This document shows, piece by piece, positions 27,991-35,733 of a DNA stretch of 64,000 nucleotides. Origin of the DNA: a virus. The stretch's first letter is position 1, and each line of letters opens with the position of its first letter. The DNA lies in IMG/VR virus record IMGVR_UViG_3300022391_000001, positions 41,470-105,469 of that record. One strand, written 5' to 3'. Below the pieces are notes generated by a model. It did no database searches. It was not told where the DNA came from and was given only the letters and a program-made list of their open reading frames with translations. A program made the translations under genes and the position numbers.

Positions 27991-28946
27991 CGGCCATCCT
28001 TTCTGGTGCCTGTCCAAGGATCCCTGCCCCAGAAGCGTTCATATTGCGTCGCACGCTCCATCATCTCCGCCTTCATCGGCACGTCCACGTTGCCCAATGC
28101 CAAGGGCAAGGGCTCCGTCGTCCATTCGCGGTTGAGATGGAGCGGACACGGTGGCAGCTTGTCGTCCCCGGTCAACCGGCGGCGGCATTCTTCTTTGTAC
28201 ACGCATCCCATGAAGTCATCTCCCGACATGCACGGCGGTGAGACCATCTCCCGGAATATGGGGTGAATCTTCTCGGCGCACTCGTTGATCATCCCCTCGA
28301 TGATGGGCCCCCAAATTCCAAGCTGCAAAATCCAACATCCCCGCTTGCCCACGATGTGCTGCAGCGCTGAGATGTTCAGCTTCCAGCTGATCCGGTGTTG
28401 CGCCCCCAACGGTATCAGCTCCCGAGCATCCTCCATCGGTATCCCTGCCGCCACCAGCGCGTTGTATCCCGCCTGAATCCGCTCCATTGTCGCCCTGTAC
28501 AAGTCAATGAGCGTGCTATCCGGATGTTGCTGAATTGTCAAGGGCAGCCGGTATGCCTCATTGGTGGCAAAGCTCCCCATGTCCTGGATGCGCATCGACT
28601 GAGACCACCATGAACTCTTGGCCAAATCAGGTATCTCATCCATCACTATGTCGGCGCCCACTCGCTCCGGCGAAGGGAGCGTGCCGATCCGATGGCGCAC
28701 CGCCTGCTCCCGCCAAGATACAGAGACACCCTCCAGCATGAACACGAGGTCCACGTGCTCGCCGATCGGGATGCGCTGGGCTATCACCGCCCTGAAGAGC
28801 TTTTCAATCTCTTCAGGGGCCACGTCCCGCTTGATCTCCGCCGGAGTCCGAAGCGGCTCCTCAGTCTTGCTGGCCTCCCACACGCTGTACACCAGCTCCA
28901 AAGGGTCCCGAGTCCAGGTCAGCAGGGTCACTTCCGGTTCATTCAT
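27987..28946 (-). CDS. ThyX-family flavin-dependent thymidylate synthase-like protein (divergent)
   Basis: EH, QAVRHR, SQSMR, EDARELIP, KRGC. Confidence 0.8.
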   Translation of the reverse strand: MNEPEVTLLTWTRDPLELVYSVWEASKTEEPLRTPAEIKRDVAPEEIEKLFRAVIAQRIPIGEHVDLVFMLEGVSVSWREQAVRHRIGTLPSPERVGADIVMDEIPDLAKSSWWSQSMRIQDMGSFATNEAYRLPLTIQQHPDSTLIDLYRATMERIQAGYNALVAAGIPMEDARELIPLGAQHRISWKLNISALQHIVGKRGCWILQLGIWGPIIEGMINECAEKIHPIFREMVSPPCMSGDDFMGCVYKEECRRRLTGDDKLPPCPLHLNREWTTEPLPLALGNVDVPMKAEMMERATQYERFWGRDPWTGTRKDGR

Positions 28947-29716
28947 CGCACAATCTCCTTGAATTCTCTCACCACTTTAACAGGCACCTTGTCCTGCACT
29001 TCTTCAATCTCCAACGCCCCTTGCGGAGCCCCCCGCTGAAGCAAGAACATCGATGACATCCGATGCCACGTCACCACCATAAGTGTGCCAAAGTCGTATC
29101 GCTCCTTGTATTTCCGAGCCACCACCCGAAAGTAGTCAGGCCAGTGATCAGGGTGCATCCCGATGGACTTGTGGTATGACGCCCGGTTCTTGGGGAATCG
29201 GGACAATCCGAAAATGGCGCTGTCGGTGATCGTCACCCACTTCTTGGACGCCTTGAAGATGGCGTCAACCGCGTCCATGTAGCGCTTCTCGGTCAGAAAT
29301 CGGTTGAATGTGAGCTGATTGAAATCGGCGTGCACCCAATCCCAATACCGTTTGGGTTGTTCACCGATGAAAGCATAAGAGTCTGTGACCCTGGCGTTCA
29401 CGTCCGGAAGCGATCGCTTGATGGACATCACGCAATCCTTCTCGATGTCCAATGCCAGGTGCGCCCTTGGTTTGCACAGCTGCTGGATGATGGAAGCGTG
29501 CCAGCCGGAGCCGCCAAACAGTTCCACCACGCGCCCCACCTTGCCCACCTTCTCGGCCACCTTTTGGAATGCGGCTAGCTCCGCGTGAATCTCATGCCGG
29601 CGGATGGCGTAGTGCGAGTGCGGAGCGTCCTTGCCGATCAGCGCCCGCTCTTCATCGCTCGATGAATCGCACACATACATGCGTTGGCCGCCCAGATCAA
29701 TCTCGGTGATGTTCAT
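28943..29716 (-). CDS. class I SAM-dependent methyltransferase-like protein
   Basis: VVELFGGSG (motif I), ALDI, DS, WDWVHAD. Confidence 0.65.
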   Translation of the reverse strand: MNITEIDLGGQRMYVCDSSSDEERALIGKDAPHSHYAIRRHEIHAELAAFQKVAEKVGKVGRVVELFGGSGWHASIIQQLCKPRAHLALDIEKDCVMSIKRSLPDVNARVTDSYAFIGEQPKRYWDWVHADFNQLTFNRFLTEKRYMDAVDAIFKASKKWVTITDSAIFGLSRFPKNRASYHKSIGMHPDHWPDYFRVVARKYKERYDFGTLMVVTWHRMSSMFLLQRGAPQGALEIEEVQDKVPVKVVREFKEIVR

Positions 29717-30635
29717 CCCGGTTCCCTTCGATGGCTTCGGCGGCGCGTTTGACAATAGCAGGCCAATCAGACACCCGTTGAATCAGCCGCGTATCCTTCA
29801 ATTCCCTGTTGTATGGCCAATCCAATAACAGAACAGGCACACCTATGGACGCGACTTCCAGACAATGCTTCACCCGGTCCTCCACAAAGAAGGTTGGGCG
29901 CGCTGGAAAGATGTGCTCATAGATCAATTCTGCCTTGTCTTTCCCGAATAAAATCAAGTCATAGGCCATCCCGTGTTCTCTGAGCCAAAACATCGTATCG
30001 GCATACAGGTTCTTGTATTGCGCATATGGCCGTGCTGTCATCAACACGATCTTGAACCCGAGGTCCCGGATGGCTTGCGTTGCTTCAGAAGCCCCTCTTA
30101 TGGGCGGCAGCTCCCGGAATTGGCCACCCCTGTAGAAATCCTCCTTGAGCGATTCAAGCAGAGCGATGGTCCGATCGTTCATTGGGGCTCCGCCCTGGGC
30201 ACTGTTGAGTTTGTCTTGCCACTCGCTCAAATCGGCCAGGCAGTTGTCCACGTCGATGACAACCAAGCGGGTGGAAGTCTCCAGCGCCAAACGCTCCCCT
30301 CGGGCTCGATCATCGACCACCGCCGACTTCCGCATGAACGAGTCATACAGCCCGTCGGAGTCCACCCCGTACAGCTGCGCGATTGCAATCAGATACTTGA
30401 GCACATCGGCGGCTTCATCAGCCAAATTGACCTGCTCCACGGGTCTGCTCCGGAGCACATGCGCCTTGAAGTGCGTGGCGACCCGCATCAGCTCCGCTGC
30501 TTCTTCAAACATCCCCAAGGCCAAGTCCTTGGACACCCGAGCCCGGTCCATCGGCGACATCGCCGATGGGTCCAGGTTGAACGTCTCTTGCTGTCGCGCT
30601 TGGCGCTTGAACATCTCATCCCATCGGTCGGACAT
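29697..30635 (-). CDS. MazG-like pyrophosphatase / HAD 5'-nucleotidase fusion
   Basis: EEAAEL...DEAADVLKY, then IDVDNCLAD, TARP, FVED. Confidence 0.85.
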   Translation of the reverse strand: MSDRWDEMFKRQARQQETFNLDPSAMSPMDRARVSKDLALGMFEEAAELMRVATHFKAHVLRSRPVEQVNLADEAADVLKYLIAIAQLYGVDSDGLYDSFMRKSAVVDDRARGERLALETSTRLVVIDVDNCLADLSEWQDKLNSAQGGAPMNDRTIALLESLKEDFYRGGQFRELPPIRGASEATQAIRDLGFKIVLMTARPYAQYKNLYADTMFWLREHGMAYDLILFGKDKAELIYEHIFPARPTFFVEDRVKHCLEVASIGVPVLLLDWPYNRELKDTRLIQRVSDWPAIVKRAAEAIEGNRDEHHRD

Positions 30636-31593
30636 CGAACCATCTCTCAGCCAGGTCAATCGCATCCTCCAACACCACATCCATGGTGGAGCGTGAATTC
30701 CATGTCGCAAATCGGCCCAGCGGTGCTATGTTATTTGGCCACTCGGGCTCCACTTCCAACGGCAGCAGATGCCCCTTCAACCCCTCCGTCACTTGATCTA
30801 TGGCCCACCCATCCTGAAAGATGAAATTGAGGTCAGAGTGCATCCTCGGGACATCCAACTGGCCGTTGATCTCCACGGAGTAGCCGGAGCCCGACGGCGA
30901 GAAACGGTGAACGGCGTCGGCAGGGGTGTACGGTGTGTACACATAGTCCCATTGGACGTATCGGTCCCGCAGGGGATGGACCTGGATGACGTTCAGCTTC
31001 ATCGCAACGCCCTCCGGCACATAGAAGTCAGCCATCCGACGCACCGCCCACAACGGAATTGTGACCACGCAGTAGTCATAGGGCACTGACACCCCTGATG
31101 CGGTCTGCAACGCACCACCCCGGATCCCCGTCACCGCCGTCTTCATCACCATGAGCCCACCGGCCAATTTCGTGATCACCTCTGGGAAGTGAGCCCGGAT
31201 GGCCTTGCGGGGCTTGGCTGCCGCCGGATCATTCATCGCCGTCGCTGCGGACTCCGCGTCCGCTTCTGTGCGTCGCGTCTTGCGGTAGTGATCGGCTCGT
31301 ATCCGGGCTGCCTCGGAGCCCGGAAGCGAGTGCAAATATTTGGGATAGGGATGCACCCCGCCGCGAAGCATGATCCCGCCTGAAATCGCATAGTCGCTGT
31401 AGACCACCCCCAATTCATCAAACAGGTTGATCATCCCGATGGTGTGGTGAATGTATTTGAGCCCTCCGGCGAGAAATTCCCCGCCCAAGGCGCCCGACTC
31501 TATCACCAGAACCTCCGCTTGCAGTCGCCTGAACACATACGACGCGATCAGTCCAGACATACCACCGCCGATGAGAACCACGCGCGGTTTCAT
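30616..31593 (-). CDS. FAD-dependent oxidoreductase (protoporphyrinogen oxidase / Glf-like)
   Basis: LIGGGMSG, IE...LGG, YDYCVVTIPL, LGRFATW. Confidence 0.85.
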   Translation of the reverse strand: MKPRVVLIGGGMSGLIASYVFRRLQAEVLVIESGALGGEFLAGGLKYIHHTIGMINLFDELGVVYSDYAISGGIMLRGGVHPYPKYLHSLPGSEAARIRADHYRKTRRTEADAESAATAMNDPAAAKPRKAIRAHFPEVITKLAGGLMVMKTAVTGIRGGALQTASGVSVPYDYCVVTIPLWAVRRMADFYVPEGVAMKLNVIQVHPLRDRYVQWDYVYTPYTPADAVHRFSPSGSGYSVEINGQLDVPRMHSDLNFIFQDGWAIDQVTEGLKGHLLPLEVEPEWPNNIAPLGRFATWNSRSTMDVVLEDAIDLAERWFDVRPMG

Positions 31594-31618
31594 TGATTGC
31601 CCCAATTATTGTTGGATT

Positions 31619-31715
31619 AAAAGGCGGGTGACGCCGCTGATGGCCGGAAGTCAGCCATGAAAACCCACCATCGCGGCGCCACCCACGCCTCCACCGAGCC
31701 CCGGACAAGGAAAGC
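31619..31715 (-). ncRNA. candidate 3'-UTR antisense sRNA / terminator hairpin
   Basis: About 22-bp stem with G-U pairs only on the minus strand; 22-nt loop containing CAUGGCUGACUUCCG; followed by UUUU. Confidence 0.6.
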
Positions 31716-32588
31716 TCATACTGGTGGAGGCAACCAGTTTAGTCTACCCTCACGGATCATCCGCCCGTAAACCTGCGCCACAAACCTCGCTCCGTCCTTG
31801 TCGTGATCTGAGGCACGAGAAGTGAAGAAACCATCGACATGCGGGGCCAAGTGGAGCTGTTTGAGTTCAGCTTGAGAAACACCCTTCCACTCCGTCGCTC
31901 GGAGCGGTGTCAAGACATCTACCAGCCCAGTCCGTGGCTTGAAGAGAACCAACGCCAATGGCTGGTCCCGCCCGCTCGATGTTCTCACATAGATTGACAT
32001 GTATTTGCTCTTCTTGCGCCTATCCGATGTGTACAGCCGTCCCGGCAAGAGCGCTTGGGAGCCCTTGGGATACTTGTACGGGATCTGCTCCAGCAACGCC
32101 GCTCGGAAGTGCTCAAAAATCTTGTAACAGTCCAACCGGTTGCGGATCGACAACGCCACCAGCGCTTCCGTCGCCGCGCTCTGCGAACAATCGCGTGGCA
32201 GCCGCTTGTTCTTGCGTCGCCCCTTCGCGCTGCGAATCATGTGTTTGCGTGGTGTTACCTTGGACGGATCCCTCTTGGACAATCCGCCCCGGATGCCCCA
32301 ACGCCGGATGACCTTGTCCAGCTCTTTCATGAACTCGGTGGCATCCTGCTTGGCGATGGCGTAATGATCCTCCACTCCGTCCACCTCGCACAGCTGGATC
32401 TCCACCAAATCGTCCGTGGTCTTCTTGCTTTCCCTCAAATAGATCTGGAAGGCAGCACAGTGGTTCCGCCACAAACAAGGCTCGCTCTGATCCGGATCTT
32501 CGTGCTCCGGTTCCCCGTCACAGGTCTCATCCCCACGCTCGTATTGCCCCACGCAGGGTGGCATGTATTTGTTGGCATCGTCGCTCAT
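31716..32588 (-). CDS. hypothetical protein (N-terminal Cys cluster)
   Basis: AAGGAGG RBS; ATGA overlap with the sigma gene; C..C..C..C motif. Confidence 0.75.
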   Translation of the reverse strand: MSDDANKYMPPCVGQYERGDETCDGEPEHEDPDQSEPCLWRNHCAAFQIYLRESKKTTDDLVEIQLCEVDGVEDHYAIAKQDATEFMKELDKVIRRWGIRGGLSKRDPSKVTPRKHMIRSAKGRRKNKRLPRDCSQSAATEALVALSIRNRLDCYKIFEHFRAALLEQIPYKYPKGSQALLPGRLYTSDRRKKSKYMSIYVRTSSGRDQPLALVLFKPRTGLVDVLTPLRATEWKGVSQAELKQLHLAPHVDGFFTSRASDHDKDGARFVAQVYGRMIREGRLNWLPPPV

Positions 32589-33661
32589 TCTTGCCCCTCC
32601 TTGAGCCGCTTCACCAGGTCCCCATACCAACCTACAGGCACCTTTTCGCGTGCGCCGTCGGCACCGTAGACCACACCTAACAGCGCGTTGAATTTCCCCT
32701 CAAGCACCAATGTGCGGCGGAGCTTCCCCTTGCCCAAGACCAACACCACGCCCCACTCATAACGCTCGATCATCCGAGACCACTCACCGGCTGCCTGGAA
32801 GTGATCCGGCTCCGCCGCGTAGCCCGGAATTGGCCGAGGGTCCAATCCCCTCCGCTCGATCACCTCTGCCACAAACTCGTGATCGTGATAAGGGGCCTTG
32901 CTGATGTGAATCACCGGCCACCCCTTTTCTGCTACTGCCTCGCCAAACAATTCGCTGAATTCCGAGTCATACTTGGCCATTTTTGTGAACAACAAACGGA
33001 TTTTGTGCAAGCTCCAATCAACTGTGTTCTTGGTGACCCCTAAGTAGCGTGCGATGGCGATGCTGGGGACTTCCTTGCTCGCGTCGCCGCCGCTGTTCTT
33101 GATCATCTTCAGCAGCTCCACCGACGGATTGCATCGGGCTGTAAATACCTTCTTGTCCAACCCCGTCAAGGTGTTGAGCAGTCGGAGCTTCATCCGCTTC
33201 GCTTGCGCGTCCAACTCCGCCCAGCTACACACCACCTCGGGCGATTCATCCGACGCTGCCGGCTCATAGCCCCAACCGTCGCCGTCCCATGCGAGCATGT
33301 CATCGAGCGACAACAATGGAAGTGGACGCTTCACGGCGTTGCCGTCGGCGTCGGTCACGATCACAAAGGGAGTCCGACACTGCGCCAGCTCGTGATACAC
33401 CAGACCAAGGTAGGCATTGGTCAGGACGCGGCTGGCATAGGCCACCAAGCCGCCCTTCGCCTTGTTGTAGTCGTATCGCAACAGCGCGCCGAGAAGGGCC
33501 AACCGTCCCTCCTGGATGGCGTCGTCCACGCCGATGGACGGGAGCGAGCGGTGCAACGCCCGGCTCTTATGGAGGATGGCTGGATACACCCTCCGCTCGA
33601 TGTCGGGGTACATCTCCCGGAGCGCTTCAGGGCAGCGCCAGCCCTCTGGGAAGGTGGTCAC
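32585..33661 (-). CDS. phage RNA polymerase sigma factor (sigma70 family)
   Basis: Region 2 DAIQEGRLALLGALLRYD...LVAYA; LSLD; region 4 HTH IARYLGVTKNTVDWSLHKIR. Confidence 0.8.
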   Translation of the reverse strand: MTTFPEGWRCPEALREMYPDIERRVYPAILHKSRALHRSLPSIGVDDAIQEGRLALLGALLRYDYNKAKGGLVAYASRVLTNAYLGLVYHELAQCRTPFVIVTDADGNAVKRPLPLLSLDDMLAWDGDGWGYEPAASDESPEVVCSWAELDAQAKRMKLRLLNTLTGLDKKVFTARCNPSVELLKMIKNSGGDASKEVPSIAIARYLGVTKNTVDWSLHKIRLLFTKMAKYDSEFSELFGEAVAEKGWPVIHISKAPYHDHEFVAEVIERRGLDPRPIPGYAAEPDHFQAAGEWSRMIERYEWGVVLVLGKGKLRRTLVLEGKFNALLGVVYGADGAREKVPVGWYGDLVKRLKEGQE

Positions 33662-35631
33662 GCTGCCACTCCCTTCTTGCCCTTGAGCAACTGGCTCCGC
33701 ATCAGCTTGTACACTTCAACGGCCAATGCCTCAATGTCGTTCACGATGACATGGGTGGCGCCGTGCCGCTCGTTGTAGAAGTCCTGGACGGTCCTGGTCT
33801 GTGCGCCGATCCCAATCACCTCGATGCCCGAGCGTGTGATCTTCTGGATTGCTTCCTTGAGTGCCTTCTCGTTGGTATCTATCGCGACACCGCCGCCTGC
33901 CGGTTGGCCGTCAGAGAGCACGAACATGATCTTGCGTGTCTCGGAGCGCTTCGCCAGCCGCTCCGCGACCATCATCACCGCTTCACAGTCCACGTTGTCT
34001 TGGCGGCCCGTGATCGTCGTGAGACGGCTCCGCACCTTGCGGTAGGACTCGCTGAACGCCTTGAACATGTGGTATTCCATCGGTGCCATGCGGCTGTAGC
34101 CGTCCCGCTCGCAGCGGATACTGTCGCGAGTGCGAGTGTGGAAACCGATGATCTCAAATGGAATGTTCAGCGCGGCGAAAGTCTCACCCAGCGCCACTGC
34201 CATCAGCTTCGCCTGGTATGCTTTGGTGGTGTAGCTGTATCGGCTGTTGCCGTCGCCGTTGCCCATCGAGCCGCTGAGGTCGATGAGGATGCTGATCGCG
34301 GTGTCTAGCTTCTCGCCCTGCTCTTCAACCTGAAACACCGCCCGGTTGCCGGTGCGCACAGAAGCGAGCCTGGAGCTGTCCAACTCGCCGCTCCGCTGAT
34401 CGCCGATGAGCTTGGATGCCGCCCGAGCCCGAATGACGGTGGTGAGCTTGCCCTTCAGCCCTCGGATCTGCGCGGCCACCTTCTCTTTGATGACGTTGTA
34501 CTCCAGGTTGCTGTCGGCACGAGTGTGCGGGATAATCTGTGCATCCGCCGCTGCCGCTTGCGGGTGTGCGGAGTATCGGCGATTGCGGCTGCCGTCGGCG
34601 CGAGCGGCGTCAATCACTTGCTCCTTGGCCAGCTCCATGAGGTCGCCGTTGTCGGCGTCCTTGAGCATCGCTTGGCGGCCAGCTTCGGCGGCTGCTTCAC
34701 GGGCTGCCTCGTCACCTTCGCCACCGCTGTCCTCGGAAGCCCCTCCGCTGCCCGTCTCTGCGTCTTTGTCCTCGCCCTCATCCTCGCCCTTGGACTCGCC
34801 TGAATCCTGGTCTTCTGCGGCATCCTCGTCATCCTCGTCACCAGCGGCACTGGACTCGCCGTCTGCCTCGTCACCCTCGTCACCGGCGGAGCCGCTCTGC
34901 TCGCCCTGCTCACCCTCGGACTCGCCCTGCTGACCCTGCTCGCTCTGCGCTTGGTCGGCGTCTTGGCCCTGCTCGCCCTTCTGCTGCGGCTCGCCCTTCT
35001 GCTGCTCGGGCTGTTCCAGCTCTTCAGCCTTGTCGCCGATCTTCTTGATCGCGCTACGGGCCAGCGCCAGACTGTCGGAGCCCCAACGGGACTTCGGGCC
35101 AGCGGCGATCTCGTCAGCAACGGCGTCCATGTAGGGTGTGAACTCGGCAGGCATCCAGCTCGTGTCCAGGCCGTGCGCCGCGAAGATGATGCCGCACCCG
35201 AGGGTGTGCCAGAAATTCTTGGAGTGATCGGACTTCTGCTGATACTGCCGGACGCTGTTGAGGTTGGCGGCGGCCAAATTCTCCGCCATCCCCGGATACC
35301 TGGCGCTGTACTTGTGCTCAATCCGGATGTCCTCAAACACGTTGAGGAGCATCTTCTCACGATTGGTCCGGCACTTCCGGCAAAGCTGAAGCGGAGTGAT
35401 CTGCCCGGCGTCGGCGTGATCCCGCTCGTCAGCTACGTGCGCCGTCTCGTGGTCGAGAAGCCCGTGGAGAACCTTCTGATCGGCGTCCTTGAGGTGGTCG
35501 GCGTTGAACGGGTACTTGATCGTGTCGCCGTCGGTGCAGCACTCATATCCCGAGGGCACTACGTTGACCTGCCAATTGCGGCTCATCGCCCGAGCGATGT
35601 TCGTGAAAAGGGAGCTTCGGTCTGTGATCAT
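33658..35631 (-). CDS. CobT-like protein: metallopeptidase-like N-domain, acidic linker, vWA domain
   Basis: HETAH..EDIRIE; MIDAS DLSGS; LSDGQP; VIGIG. Confidence 0.88.
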   Translation of the reverse strand: MITDRSSLFTNIARAMSRNWQVNVVPSGYECCTDGDTIKYPFNADHLKDADQKVLHGLLDHETAHVADERDHADAGQITPLQLCRKCRTNREKMLLNVFEDIRIEHKYSARYPGMAENLAAANLNSVRQYQQKSDHSKNFWHTLGCGIIFAAHGLDTSWMPAEFTPYMDAVADEIAAGPKSRWGSDSLALARSAIKKIGDKAEELEQPEQQKGEPQQKGEQGQDADQAQSEQGQQGESEGEQGEQSGSAGDEGDEADGESSAAGDEDDEDAAEDQDSGESKGEDEGEDKDAETGSGGASEDSGGEGDEAAREAAAEAGRQAMLKDADNGDLMELAKEQVIDAARADGSRNRRYSAHPQAAAADAQIIPHTRADSNLEYNVIKEKVAAQIRGLKGKLTTVIRARAASKLIGDQRSGELDSSRLASVRTGNRAVFQVEEQGEKLDTAISILIDLSGSMGNGDGNSRYSYTTKAYQAKLMAVALGETFAALNIPFEIIGFHTRTRDSIRCERDGYSRMAPMEYHMFKAFSESYRKVRSRLTTITGRQDNVDCEAVMMVAERLAKRSETRKIMFVLSDGQPAGGGVAIDTNEKALKEAIQKITRSGIEVIGIGAQTRTVQDFYNERHGATHVIVNDIEALAVEVYKLMRSQLLKGKKGVAA

Positions 35632-35666
35632 GGCTGACTTCCTTGCTTGTCCTTGTCCTATTCCCT

Positions 35667-35695
35667 AGCATAATTGATGCGTGTTCAGAAGTCGA
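35667..35695 (-). promoter_or_regulatory. early promoter P5
   Basis: TCGACT-17 nt-TATGCT. Confidence 0.7.
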
Positions 35696-35733
35696 CCCCA
35701 AATTAAGGCAAAATCGACCTTGGGGGCCAACTA

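Noticed and set aside
26731-28266. Long plus-strand ORFs (also 5586..6572, 11146..12222, 16557..17639, 33289..34308 and others)
   Set aside because: Antisense shadows of high-GC minus-strand genes that carry clear family motifs; the plus-strand products have no recognisable motifs.
31657-31770. 37-codon plus-strand ORF following the GGAAGTCAGCCATG motif
   Set aside because: It would be the only plus-strand gene, has no early promoter, overlaps the end of a real gene, and the stem's G-U pairs favour the minus-strand RNA. Not formally excluded.
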